From NCBI GenBank assembly GCA_965655095.1, contig OZ296651.1:64046001-64110000 (forward strand): 64,000 nt of DNA, in the 5' to 3' direction. Below are positions 1-12,899 of this stretch, one piece after another. The DNA is from Haplodiscus bocki. Its lineage: Eukaryota. Made by a program: the position numbers and the translations under genes. The notes under the pieces are model-generated. The model did not search any database, was not told the DNA's origin, and was given only the letters and a program-made list of their open reading frames with translations. Within the stretch, counting starts at the first letter, position 1. Each line of letters begins with the position of its first letter.

Positions 1-970
1 GCATGAAGCCAGATACGATTCTGGACAAAAAAACCTTGGGGACAACAGCGTTCAAAAGTAAATTAACACCAGTGTCTGTGTTTTACCGATACCATGTCCA
101 TACAATTTTACTGTTGATGGTCTTCAAGGAAAGGTCGAGAAAAACTAGTCCGTCTACACTTGGTTCTACGGGAGCGATTGTGGGGTTGCAGTGACAAGTG
201 TTGACAAAATGCAAGAGGATTTGTTTTCCACAAGTTATCAGCGAACATAGCAAATCATCTACATAGCAAAAATATATCTTTGAACTGAAGCCCAGTTCGT
301 CATCATAATGGGCCAAAAAGATGTTAGCCAGCAAAGGAGCTACCGGCGATCCCATCGCGACTCCATCTGTCTGTCGATAAAAGGCTCCATCTATGTCAGA
401 AAAAAGGACATCAATGGACACCATTTCCTATAAAGTTTTGAAAGTGGTCTCAAGCATTGGAGGTGGTTCCACACAATCACAACCATACTTTTTTGCAGTA
501 GCTGATGTTATTGCGTTTGCCAGAGTCACGTTGGTAAAGAGGCTAACTACATCCAAACTAGTAATGTTCACATCATCATCAAGTTTCAGGTCCTTTAGCG
601 TTCCTTGAATCTTCTTATTATTGGTGTTTATGTTAGCCTCATATAACTTTCTCAGATAGAGTCCAATTCCGCCGCTAAAGCATAGTATGTCGGTCCTGGC
701 ATAGCCACTATTGGCCGTTGCGGTGTTTTTTTGTGAAGTTTATCAAGACCATAAAATCTAGCTATTTGGAAACCCAATGGTCTTACCTTGTTGTGAAAAC
801 TTTCCGAGATCAAAATCGATTTTTTCATTTGTAAACGTCTTTCTCTAATCTTCTTTTCCTCCTTCAAATTTCGGTTGATTTCCTTTTTCTGGAATTACAA
901 AAAAGCTAGAATATCTTTTCATTTGGAAAAGTTCGTTTCTGTCTTCATCACAGAAAATCCTGTACCCTAC
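1..970 (-). mobile_element. Penelope-like retroelement, RT region (degenerate, runs off the left edge of the window)
   Basis: ORF 83-424: FYRQTDGVAMGSPVAPLLANIFL...YFCYVDDL...FLDL. ORF 652-867: ARFYGLDKLHK..RPIV. A GTGFSVM segment (DKG-motif region) lies near 940-970. These are PLE RT motifs, with frameshifts. Confidence 0.9.
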
Positions 971-974
971 CAGT

Positions 975-2820
975 AGGGAACTGTTAACATGGTGTCACGA
1001 TATTTCGTCTTATGCCATTTTAACCGCTGCAATTGCGACCATTCACAGTTTCAACTTCATGCCTTTTTGACCGCGTGCCTTTTCAACCGCCGCAAATTCA
1101 ACCGATTCAATTATCTAGTATTTTATAATTTACAGTAACTAAGTGTACTCACAAATAATCCTTTTCAAACACATTGATTTTTTCAAGGTCTGAATATAAA
1201 AGCGTCGTAGTTACAGGATTGAGCAATTAATTCACCGATAAAAGGAAACTAACACAGTCCCCCCCCAATCCTAATCGAAAAGGTTTAAATTTTCTGAGCC
1301 ACTCAGTGTTCCAGTAGCAGCACCTAAAAGACGTTCCAAAAAGCAAGTTCAAAATATAAAATGACACTGAGGCGGAAAAATTGCACTTCACGACGGCCAC
1401 TCATAAAACCAGAAACAATCAACTATTTTCTAAAAACATTGGCGTTTCACAAAGTATTATAATTTAAAATGTCCCGCTATCTTGAAAACTATAAACGATA
1501 CTGTCATCGAAACAAAAAGTACCCATAATCACAAATGCGACCCCGGCGAAAGTGAAATGAATTAAACTGTGAAGCAAACTAAAAAAGCCCAATATTCAAC
1601 ACCAACTGTGGTAAACGAAAAATACGAAGTTTCGGATGATTATGCAGTTCAGCTTCAAATGCCTAACAAAAGATAACCTGTTGACGCGAGCAGTCTTGCG
1701 AAAACGACAAAAAGCGATGTGTCTTCAATTAGCTGCCCCAACTGATCGACATTTTGACGTCCCTGATGAGTTTGGTGCCTTCCTTCTACTGGACAGTGGA
1801 AAAGATGATAAGGAGCGAATTCTGTTATTTGGAGACGCCGCAATGAAAAACTTTCTGAATTTGTCGAACAGTTAGTTAGCTGATGGAATTGTTAAATTGT
1901 CGCCAGAAATTTTTTATCAAATTCACACAACCCATGTGGATTTGAACGGTTTTACTCCTCCTTTTGTATGTGTACTGCTACCGAATAGAACATAAAAAAC
2001 CTATAAGAGATTGATTGAGATGCTGAGTGAAGAAACGGAGCCAAGCCCTGGCGAAAAACTGGCAGACTTCGAAGAGAGAGCGCTGAATGCTTTCAGCAAA
2101 AAACTCCCTCACGCACAAATCTCATGCTGTTATTTACACCTGACGCAATCTTTTAATCGGAAAGTCAATGAGATCGGATTGAAAACATCTTACAAAATTT
2201 TTCCCGAATTAAACTTGGCACTTCGAATGTAACCTGTTCTGGCACATGTTCCGCCAGCCCATGTAAAAGCAGTTTTTGAGCCTGTTTTTGAGGAAATAAC
2301 AGACGCTCTCGAGAAAGAAAAGTTTGAAGAAAGTTTTGGCTGGCTTTGCAATATATTTCAAAAGTAAAAATGTAGAAAACCCAATTGTAAACTAGAAACC
2401 GCCTTTTCCAATCGAAATTTGAAACAAGTACGATGCAGCAGGAGAGGTGGGTTAGCCCGGACAACAAATAGCGTAGAAGGCTGGCATTACGGACTGCAGG
2501 TTTATTTTGGTGGTTCTACGCCGTATATTTGGTTTCTCTTACGGAAATTGAAAGAACATTCTAAAATACAGAAGTTCAATTATGTTCAAGAAACTGTCGA
2601 ATTATTGTGCTCCAGGCGCCATGATACGAAAAAAAACAGATGCAAAACATGCGAAGCACTGAAGAGTTCGAAATTGCTTTGCCATATCTGAGAGCAGTAG
2701 AAAAAATTACTTAAAAAACGTTCAGAGATGTTCGGTATTTTTCTTTGTTTTTTTTCTGTAAATAGTCTTTTGTGTGCTGAACAAAATTCCGTTTTTGTTT
2801 TTTTTTCTGCGGTAAAACAA
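975..2820 (+). mobile_element. MULE (Mutator-like) DNA transposon, decayed transposase; right end apparently deleted
   Basis: FLLLDSGKDDKERILLFG, *LADG..KLSPEIFYQI, ADFEERALNAF...ISCCYLHLTQS and RTTNSVEGWH motifs. Short TTTCAACCGC-type subterminal repeats at 1020-1105. Confidence 0.85.
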
Positions 2821-2829
2821 TCATTGGGT

Positions 2830-3480
2830 GAAAGGATATTTGTACTTCGTTTGTGCCGGATGTCTAGGGCATCACCGTAGCACCTTTTCTACGATTTGGG
2901 GCACGAGTATGTTGTCCACTACAGTCAGGTAGCCATTCGTGTTCAGTTCTGGGCGATCTTTTTCGGAACACAGGCTAAGCAATTTTCGTGAACGTTGGGT
3001 TTTCTCCTTGCTCATCTGATGTATCCATTGCCAACAAACGTAAAACGAGATGCTAGGCCATAAGGACTCCTTCACTGAGCTTTTTATTCTGCCCCAGCTT
3101 TGTTGCAACTTGGTCTCCTAGTCCATTTTCTTCATTCTTGATTTGTTTAGTTCTCGTTTCAACAGTCCACCTTGAAAATTTTGGACCATCTCGTGATTGA
3201 AGCAACCATTACTTGGAATGCGAAATTTCAGAAACTTCGGTTTAACTTTTTTCTCAACACAATCAGACAGAAACCACACTCTCTGGATATTGCTCTGTAA
3301 CTGCACATAACTGCGACGATAGCCATAAAATAAGTTCTTTGGACCATGTCGATCTAACTCCCACATGAATAGACGTAAGGGTAGATAGAGTACAGTGTGC
3401 TTTGAAATGAGAAAATAATAGGAACATTGTATTTAGCAAAAGTTTTTCGATCATTTCAGATCATCATCAGTGCATCCATT
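2830..3480 (-). mobile_element. Penelope-like element 5' portion (N-terminal ORF and pLTR remnant), probably the same element as 1-970
   Basis: ORF 3118-3366 (WFLSDCVEKKVKPKFLKFRIP) and VLR*CPRHP (the GPKHP-like motif) are typical PLE N-terminal blocks. Same strand and collinear with the RT part; a hammerhead-like motif lies upstream. Confidence 0.75.
3434..3475 (-). ncRNA. Degenerate minimal hammerhead ribozyme of the Penelope pLTR
   Basis: Minus strand reads GCA CUGAUGA U GAUC-UGAAAU-GAUC GAAA AACUUU UGC: core boxes, a 4-bp stem II, a near-palindromic stem III and a short stem I. Confidence 0.6.
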
Positions 3481-4043
3481 TAACAGATCTGTAACAATTT
3501 TTTGTACTTTAAAATGTTTTTCAATGAGAAAGGATCTTTAAATAACAGGTATACTGCTAGGAATTTATGAAAAACAACTATTGCTGAAACCATGAAACGC
3601 CGGGGTAACTTAATACGTTTGAATTTGTTAGCTGAATGCATCTGTTCTGGCAGGGCTGAGGCAATCGACCAGAAGTTGGAAAAGTTTTAAAAATGATATC
3701 AAACTGATGAAACCATTCGGGCTTTTGATAACGTGCTACACGTGTAGGAAATTGGATAGTTTTTTTCTGTGCTGAAGTACTTCCTGCGTGTTAGTTTTCC
3801 TGAAACCAGGAGAAAAATTTCAATATTTTTGACTGCCGTTGTTTTCAGTTTTCGAATTTTGTCATGCGTAAAAGTATTTGGAGAACATTACCCTATTGTC
3901 CAGAAGCATTCACCTACCGTTACTATGAACTTCGCTCACGTGTGTTCCTTCTACATCTACAACGGCAAGAAGTCAATCGGCAATCAATTGATTATAGTAG
4001 AAGTTTAATACTGCAACAATAGCTGAAAACCAAGCCAATTCCT

Positions 4044-4530
4044 AACAAGACGGCCGGGTACGACCGGCTTATTTTCCTTCTCATTTCGGTAAAGATGCCG
4101 TTTAAAAAGATGAAAGCGTTTCTACGAAATACTCTCTCTCCACCATACTTTCTAAATTTTCCGATCTTAGAAGTTTTCTGATTTTTCGCCAAGAAAAATC
4201 TCGATCAAGGTGAAAAAAAAAACATTTTTGAGTGATATTATTTGACACGCTTTCTACAAGTTTGCCACCTTTAGCAATTTCGAAAAAAATCAAGTTTTCT
4301 AAAAACCATCTATTTCTCCAAAAAAAAACAAATTTCGTTGAGCAATCTTACTATTTCAATCGCATTCTACGGCATTTTTGCTATAATTTGGTGATGAAAA
4401 CTTTTCAAGGTCAGAATTTTCCCGATAAGTCGAACATTGGACATTATCAATTGGCAAACATCGGATGACAAAAAAGGTTGCGTTGAATGGATGATTTTCC
4501 TCCCATTTTATGAATATGGCGGAAAATAAT
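4044..4530 (-). mobile_element. Non-autonomous Helentron-type (DINE-1/HINE-like) element
   Basis: Subterminal inverted repeats TTATTTTCC (4069-4077) and GGAAAATAA (4521-4529), an extra internal TTTTCC copy near 4495, a GCCGG-N6-CCGGC hairpin (4053-4068), and a minus-strand 3' end of CTTGTT. Confidence 0.55.
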
Positions 4531-4943
4531 GATCAGTGTTGGTGAATGATCTCACAAAACGAAAGTAAAAGAAATAGTTATTGTCTCTGACGTAATGTTC
4601 GTCTGATGATCCTCAGTTTGGTCGGTCCTCCCAGTTTGGGCATACCTTCGAAGGGTTCCATCTGGTGCTACGCCGAAATTGGATTTAGTGTTTCCACGAT
4701 ATTGGCGTACATATAGCTGATATTGGCGTACATATAGCATGAAAGTAAAATGAAAGTGGTCGGAAATTTCCTCCACTCAAAAGCTTTACTAGTCGCAATA
4801 AGAAGCCATAGAATGAATGTGGCGTGTGAAGAAGCAGCATAGCGTCTGAAATTTGAACTGTAGAATAACGAATTAGTAGAATCGCGGCGGAGACTACTGA
4901 TTTAATGATGCTGAAATCTCAAATTAATTTAAAGTGAATGATA

Positions 4944-5448
4944 AGCTGACGTCAGTGTGCTAATTAGTGTTCGAAAGTTTTACAATTGCTGGGTCTTCGC
5001 CAGTTTCGGATTACCGATAACCTATTGGTGCGTCACCTTCAATGTTTTACCAATTTTCTTAGTTCATTATGTTGTTGATTGGCATGAAGAGAAAACCGCA
5101 CTAAATGAAGTTCCTGACTTTGTCCCTTTGCCTAATTGATTCGGTTCGTTTAAGTGGACATGCTCTCCATTTATTAAAGTTTTCCTCCATTTGATTTTTC
5201 CTTGTAGGGGATTTCAGTTTTTACATGATTTTTGTTGGCTCCTTTTCTCCCTGGCATGGAAGCAAATAATGAAACCTTTTTCGACCTGAATTTGTTTTGT
5301 TTGTGTATACTGACAAATCAAGATTTTTGAGCATACTAATCAAAAGCAAAAAAATATATATAAATGGTCTAGCGGAAAGCATTCGTGCAATTCGTCTTAG
5401 TTTTTGGAGGAAAAATTGTTCCAAAATGTCCAAAACACTGACGTCAGT
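4944..5448. mobile_element. Candidate MITE with 13-bp TIRs
   Basis: CTGACGTCAGTGT (4946-4958) and ACACTGACGTCAG (5435-5447), with TA close outside both ends and a non-coding interior. Confidence 0.35.
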
Positions 5449-5573
5449 TACTTTCTTGGGCTAGGTTTTGGATTAATTTTTTTTCGCAATTAGGAAATGT
5501 TTCTTCAAGATCGACAATCACAAGGTTTTATCAATGTTTCGGTATTCGAGCCCGCAAGAAGCCTATTTTCTAG

Positions 5574-5858
5574 AGAAATGTGAAATATCGGGTCTTCATG
5601 GAACAGTCGCATAGAGCGGGGCACGTCGGAGAGAAGGAAAACCACGTGACGAATGCTGGAATATATATTTGTAAGCATTGCAGCCACACAAGCAGCTCCT
5701 TGGCAGCTACGCGGGATCATTTGGAAGGATTTCATAAAGATAAAGTCATCACAGATGATGATTTCATTGCCAGTGTTATCTATCGGCAAACAAGTAGTGA
5801 ATCGTTTGATTCCGAATCCAACAAAGCAACTGCTGCAAACGACAAGAAAAAATCATCT
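5574..5858 (+). CDS. Candidate exon of the zinc-finger gene (C2H2 finger)
   Basis: tttctag acceptor and GTAAGT donor at 5859. Encodes YICKHCSHTSSSLAATRDHLEGFH. The phase-0 end matches the exon at 17556. Confidence 0.5.
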
Positions 5859-6249
5859 GTAAGTATTTTTGTGTTTTGTAATGAGCCTACGATGCCCTGT
5901 TCTAGCAAGGTGTTTAACTTTATTTAATATGACTTCATCGCTTCTCTCTGTCCAAAGCTGGTAACATCCGAAGTTCTAATGTGATCGAGATTTTTGGCGA
6001 AACTTCCCACGATTGTTGTCGAAAACGCCTCAAAATTGAGCTATAATAAAAATTTAGGATATAATAAAAGTTAACTAACCTTCAAATTCTGAGATCTTTT
6101 CTTCCTACCAGATTTGTCTGAAGAGAAAATTGGAATTGAAAATTGGCCCTTCTTAAAAAAATGCATCGATAGGTACTTTCTTGCCTAAAGTGCCTGTTTG
6201 TCTCGTTCTATAAAGTGAATTTATCAAGGATTGTGAAATTGTCGTGACT

Positions 6250-7230
6250 AAACGGACATTGGCATATCAAAAGATTTAGTACGAGACGCGTTGCAGGTAC
6301 TTATCTCGGTTTGGCTATAGTTGTAGTACAGGGTTTGGGGCTAATACCCAAGGAATTTCATGGATCTCTATTCAGCTTGGGTCAAAATACTGTCTTCCAA
6401 ATCTTCGCTGTTGGAGCCCCTGCTGCGAAGTCTTCGGATACTTCTTGATTTATCTGGGTCGTACTTCAGGTTCTTTGAGTTATATTCCCTCCTTGTAGAT
6501 GCTCACTCGTCCTTCCAAACATAACACTTCGCTTTGGTGCCTGTTCGTTTCACTCCATGTAATGATCTCTGCTGCGTCTATCTGCAGAATTAACCCATTC
6601 GTACCGACAATTTTGCAGTCTACAGATCCAAAACATCCAGTCCACTCATTTTGAAGGCAAGATGATGGGAACGCTATTGTATGTAGCTTTGTCACATCAT
6701 TCTAGTTTTTCCCGGCCTTCCAAGTGGCGTTGACGTTTGGGAGCACCGTTCAGAAACGCGAACCTTGTGCAATATCTCAAGTAATTGTTGACACTTTATC
6801 AAATCCATTTCTAATTATAACAGAGAAGTTAGCTTGGTTTTTTAAGATCTTCATTACTTTTGATGAGGCACATCCTTTGTGTATATGGCGACTTGTTTGT
6901 AGTGGAGCAGTTATGAGGAGTTGTTTCGTGTTGAGATTTCGCCGTTAGGTTGTTAATTACTAGTGAGTCGTGCAGTTTGGAGGTGCTGGAAAGTAGCGCT
7001 ATCGGACGTTAATTCTCAACCAACTGTTAGTCTCAAGCTTTTGTGTTTGACGTTTCTTGCTTCCCATATCTTCGAAAGTTCTTATTGGTTGACTTTTCTG
7101 AGCTTCGTCGATCTCAGAGTAGGTGAAATGGATTTTTGCGATCTTAGTCTGATGATGAATCGTTTTGCCGCTGATAAATCGATCGAATTAACAGTGACTG
7201 TCAGTACTCTTTAGAGATCAGTAGTAAGGA
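6250..7230 (-). pseudogene. Decayed coding remnant of unknown origin, possibly a retroelement fragment
   Basis: A/C-rich minus strand like the gypsy coding strand; Cys-containing fragment in ORF 6480-6695; many stops. Confidence 0.25.
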
Positions 7231-7749
7231 AAGGGGGTTGAATGCAATTTTTGTCTCCCCACTGAAAAATTCAAAATGAAAAAGATCAACGCACAAAATC
7301 AACTGCAACTGAATCTTCTTGACTATTTTAACAGTTGACTATCCAACTGTCAACTTTCTCTTACCATTCAAACTTTTTGTTTCAGTGTTGGGACGCGAAA
7401 TTAGACACAATCAACCAAACTGAGTGACGACTGCCGTTTTTTGGCAGTTTGATTATGCGAGCCCGTTTTCCTGAATAATGAGCCAGAAATTGACATTTTT
7501 ATGAAAGTTCCTCATATTTTAGCCGCCAACATTCAAGAAATCTGCTGATTGGAAAATTAACGTGCTGTACTGTTAAGAAATCAACGTTATTGGAAAAATC
7601 GGAACAATCAATCTGAATGGTCGTGCTACAATGAAACTGGAAAATTAACAGGAGGCGCAGTCGCCCTGCACTATTTTCCGTTAAAGGGTCGCCGGAATGA
7701 TTGATCGAACATATAACAAGAAACTTTTACCGAAAAAAAAGCATTTTGT

Positions 7750-8980
7750 CAAAATTTTTTGATAGAGACCTTGACAGAAAAATTGAAGCCAATAACTTTA
7801 GAGAATTGTGACTTTTAGATAGGAAATAACAACATTAATAGATGACGCTCGCATTTTCCGTCTGTCAAATTTCCACTCTGAAGGATAAAATCGGGGATTA
7901 TTCGTTCTAAGGTTCATCGAAAACTATAACGCCGTTGATTGAGACCTTGATGGAAGAATTCTGAGCTGTAGTTCTTCGGGAGAATGACTTGGAATATCGA
8001 GATATTTCTAAATTGATAGAATGTTTGGCCTATCAGCATTCTGATTCCAATACGGGGCAAATTTCATAATTCTCGAAGGAAATAGTCCTGCTGAAGTCTT
8101 AGGCTCTCGACTGACACCTTGATGGAATGTTGAGGTGTGTCAAATCTAATAGCACTTCCTGCCAAGTCTAGACACTCGGGCTTTCTTTGCTCGAAACAAA
8201 ATCAATGAGTTTTCTAAGGAATAATCCAACAGCGCTCAATTGCTTTAGATTGGGAACTCCAGGGAAAAAGTCAAGTCAGTTGTTATGGAGAAACTGGAGT
8301 TTGAAAGTCGAAATTAATCCATATTGAAAACATTTTGGAAAACATCATGTTTGGAGTATGGAGTTTCAATGTCGAGCTGGAACGATATCAATAGCTTTCG
8401 TTGATTTTTGACCCATCAAGATTCTAATGCAAGGAACAAATTTTTCCAATCAAATACTCCTCTACAAGTTTTAAGTTTTCGATTGCGAACTTGCTGGAAG
8501 AAATTGAGCATATAGTTATGGGAAAATTTGAGTTTCAATATCGAGATAGAATGATTGCACATTTCGGACTAACAAGATTTCGATGCCAGGGAGAAGTCTG
8601 TTTTTCAGTCGAATAATTCACCAGAAGTAGAAGTACTTTGACTGAGACCCTCATTGAAGAAAGCAAGCCTGTAAGTATGGAGGACTATTGAGTTTGAAAA
8701 TCGAGATAACTCAATGTTAATAGCACTTTTTGGAATTTCCGGACACAAGATTCCAATGCGAGGTAAAGTCGTTCATTTTTCAATCGAATAGTTCACCAAA
8801 AGTAGAAAGCTTTTGATTGAGTTTTTGATGGAAGACAACCAGCCTGTAATTGGGGAAAAAGGAGATTGAAATCGAGATATTTTAATATTGATACCACATT
8901 TTGGAATTTTCGGACAAAAAAGATTCGGATTAAAGGTGCAAAATTGATAATATTTCAGTCGAGTAATTCACCAAAACTTT
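7750..8980. repeat. Degenerate ~170-180 bp satellite, left part
   Basis: TGATTGAGACCTTGATGGAAGAA-like anchors recur at about 7760, 7937, 8108, 8482, 8639 and 8814, most followed by an ATATCGAGATA-like block and GAATAGTTCACC-like blocks. Confidence 0.8.
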
Positions 8981-11900
8981 GTAGTGATTTTTCCACACTG
9001 CAATAGTCCCGCAGAGAGTCTTCACTGTTAACAGCTTGATTTCATTCATAGACAATCCTGTCTCTTTTCAGGAGGCTTGCACTTCGTATTGCAATTATTC
9101 CTCTGAAGCTAATTACAATTGCGCTGACTTCGACGTCTGTGGAGCTGGTCAGTGTTTTCACCTGGTCATAGAGGTGGACATTAGAGTACAGATATGTTTT
9201 CTCATCGTAAGCTCTGTTGACACCATTTATGTCTGAGTCACTACACACGGTCACATCAATAATATGTGTCGTACACTCTATTGTCACAAGGAGGTACGGC
9301 TTAAGGCCCTTGCTTCCACAGTTGAAGGCAGTCTCTTGGATCACTTTGTGGCCTTTATTTCTGAGAGTTTCGCTGACATGTTTACAGAGATGGTCGTGTC
9401 TCTTTAGGCGTTTCTTCCAGTTTCTGGGGCTTTTTTGGACGAAGTGCCCTATTGTTTCTACAGACCCACAGCCCGCTTCAGAGCTTGGTTTGGTGTTACA
9501 GTACATCCTGTTCTTCGGCTAGCTGTCGTGACATTATTGGTCCTGATTTTGAGACGGTGGATATAGTCTGCTCCTGTTAGTTTCGTGGGTTCACCAATCC
9601 AGCTGTTGTTATTAATCGTGAATCTTTGAAAAGCCAAATGTTCTCCATCTATACATTTATTTAACGCTTCATGTTAGTGATTAGCTACTGATGCCCGAGA
9701 ATCCCAGATCATCCATTTAGGACTTCGCCTATAGTCGGTCGTCAGAGATTTGGCCTTTTGATGTCTCCGAAGTGTCAGCACGCTTGCTTTTGTCAAAAAT
9801 GATGGAATACCAAGGCCGCCATCTCGGATGTTTGAGTGGATGATAGCGGAGGGCGTATCTTCAGGTAGATTCAACATTTTCCTGACGTGTCATCTCAGGT
9901 ACTTATCAAAGTTCATGATTTCTGTCGTTGTCTTTTTCATGAGTGCTATATGATGTTGATATCCAGGCAACAGGTATGTTCTTAGCATGAATATGCACTG
10001 TTGCGGTTTCAGTGGAGCCCTCATGAGTCTCTCAAGTTTACTTTTTAAATTTCCGACGCTTGTGATTTTTGCTACACCGTTGACTGTTATATCCTCGCCA
10101 TGCTACTTGATGGTTTCAGTTGCGGCTGCATACTTGATCGTACCTCGAGTGATTCTAATTGATTCTAATCGTTTTTTCTGTGGCGATGGCTCTCTTGTTC
10201 TCTCTCGGAACTAGTTCCCAGTTTGTGAGGTTACATTTACGGGGTTTAATTAAGAGGCCATTGTGTTGGGCCATTGTCTGAAGTTTATTAACAAGGATCT
10301 GCTGGTTGCTGATCGAGTCTTACAAGCGCGATATCATCAGCATATGCTATGCATCCACTTTCTAGATTGGCACTTTTGGGACCGAGTTTGAGTTTCCCCA
10401 GGTCTTCCAAGATCTCGTCCACCACCATGTTAAAAATGATGGGACTAAGTGGATCACCTTGTTTAATTCCTCGGTTGATGTTGGCCTTCGTGTTCATGAC
10501 AGTTGTTGTTGAGTTTGGGTATAAATCCTTGATAAGCCTATTTAGCCAGTAGGGCACAGATAATCGTTTCAGGCTTCTCAATATCGAATTGTGGCTCACA
10601 CTATCGAAGGCTTTCTCAAAGTCTTTTGTAACCACACTGATAGGCTTTCTGTTAATTTTTGCATACCTGAAGGCTGCGTCTAGTCTTGTAATTGCAGTTG
10701 CCGTACCGTCTAATATTGGGAAGCCTAATTGCGAGTTGGTTAGTTTAATTCCTACTGAGAATCTTCTTGCTAGAATTTTGTTCAAGAGCCTAATCCATAG
10801 ACTTGTGATTGTGATAGGGCGGAATTGGTCTGGTGAGGTAGCATTTTGAGCTTTAGGAATGAGGGTCGTTCTCCCTACTTTCCATTCAAGGGGTATTTTC
10901 CCTGCCCTTGTCCACGAGTTAAGAATGAATTATCCGCATGTCGCTTCGTGGGACGGATTTTTCCAGGTTTAGACCATCAGGTCCTTCTGCGTTGTTTTTT
11001 ATCGAAGCTTCTAATCTCTCGTTCGATTTCAACCAGTGTTATGCTTTGCGGAATTCTTCCACAAGTTTTATGTTGGTCGATTATCTGTTGCTGACATTCT
11101 CTGGAATCCTTCCTTCCAGTATTCAACCGCATTTGCAGGGATTTTTGGGGGGATTGAACATGTGATTGGTTAGGCTGTTGTTTACGATTTCTTCTAAGAT
11201 TGCGCCGGGATATTTTGTAGCTTGCTTTTGTGTGTGTCGGCAAAGTAACTTTTGCAGTTTATTCTTGCTTTTAGGTTTCTTGGGAGGTTTGTTTATGTGG
11301 GTTTGCTTTGGTGGTTGGTTGGTATAAAAAATACTGATATAGTAGCATACGACCTGAAAGTGGTTAGAAGCAGCTACATTGCGGAGATGCCCATTTGTCT
11401 TCGAGTCAATAAGGCTATGTCTTCGAGTCAATCAACGACCAGTCGAACTCATCTTCTTCTACTTGGGTGACTAGCTCGGGTTCCGGGGTAGCTTCCGCTT
11501 CTAGGACCTGTTGCACTTTGTATTCTATCTCCAAGTTAAGTTATTCTTACTTTTGATGGCTTCAGTGCTCCATCCGGTGGCTCGGTGGATTGCTTGGTTA
11601 AGCAACTTAGTTTGTTTTAGGGTGTGTTCCGCGCACAGCCCAATTAGGAGGTTTGTCTCGGAATCTGTCCATTGAGCTCTTTTCGAGCGTTGTTGCTCAC
11701 TGTAGTATCTTCAGGGTGTGACCTGAGCCTGTGTAATTGCAAGTCGCCAAGGCTACTGAATGTAAGCGAGCATCTACATGTAAAACGTTCACTATTTTCT
11801 CGGGAAGGGCTGGTTGCCTTGTGTCTTGTGCACCCTCCTTTGTTCTCAAAAGTTTTGTTGCAAAAGTGGCAGACTAGTGGTTCGGATTCTGTTTGTCTTT

Positions 11901-12243
11901 CTACAGAACTGACACAAGCGGATTTTTCGGTGGAATTTGCAATTGGTCTGTTTTCTGAAGTAACACTAGCGGAATTTACAGTGGAATATACCATTAGTCT
12001 TTTTTTTTCAGAATTAACGCTAGCGGAGTTTACAGTGGAATTAACAGTTGGTCTCTCAGAATTAACACCAGCGGAATTTAAACTATCTACAGGATCGGAT
12101 GGGTTTCTCTGTGTACACATCCTCATATGAGCGGCCCGCCCAGCACCAGATTTAAGATGACGGCCAAAGAAATCACATGGGTACTTTCCTAGGGTAGCCT
12201 CTGGTACATCTGTACCTGAGGTAGAAGCATTATGAATCGTCAT
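8980..12243 (-). pseudogene. R2-type ORF (3 N-terminal zinc fingers, Myb, RT, CCHC knuckle, restriction-like endonuclease), frameshifted
   Basis: ZFs: C..HMRMC, CHFC..H, CRC..HRLRSH. Myb in the next frame: KRAQWTDSE...WSTEAIKSK. RT: FRPITI, DFEKAFDSVSH, GIKQGDPLSP, AYADD. Thumb: GGLGIP. C-terminus: GCGSVETIGH...RHD...LKPYL...IIDVTV. Confidence 0.9.
11900..12080 (-). repeat. ~50-nt in-frame tandem repeat between zinc fingers 1 and 2 of the R2 ORF
   Basis: Peptide repeats NSAGVNSERPTVNSTV / NSASVNSEKKRLMVYSTV / NSASVTSENRPIANSTE. Confidence 0.8.
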
Positions 12244-12899
12244 ATTTCGCTGTGTTACCCCTTGCGTGTAACTTCACTTTGCACATTTCTGTTCAAGAGG
12301 ACTGCAGTAAGTTATTTGAGTTGCACAATAAACGGACTTCGAAGGGAAGACCATGGAATTGTGCTTACTTCCCCTGGAGAATGAATGTCCACTGCGGTTC
12401 ACCCAGAGGAGCTCCCTGACAGGAATTCAACTCTCACCTATATAACACAAGGAGAGATATTGTCTCAGCGATACAACTAAAGCTAACGAATTGGAACACT
12501 TGAAAACAAGAAATGTAATCGTCCTTGTTTAGAATTGAAAGCTGGGGACACTTGTGAGAGTGTGATACAGGTGTGTACTAAGGGTCAAGGTGACAACTTG
12601 TGTTTACAGTTATGTTCCAAGGGTCTAGGTGACAACATAGTTCAGTAACAGAAGTGAAAAGGCAACAGATCATGCGACCGCATTCAGCAAAAATTCTTGA
12701 AACAAGTAGGCACAGGGCTTGTGTGAAATTTTTACTACATGATCTGTTGTGTCTCAACACAGGATACATGTTCTTCTTAGGATCTTAATCCTACTAAATT
12801 GAGCTAGTCAGTGTGTGAAGCCAATTGCACTGATAATTGAACAAGAAGGGTGGTAAAGTACAGCTGATCAGCTGGACAGAGAAAGGTATAGTAAAATGA

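Noticed and set aside
3700-3730. CTGATGA hammerhead box
   Set aside because: No downstream GAAA in register.
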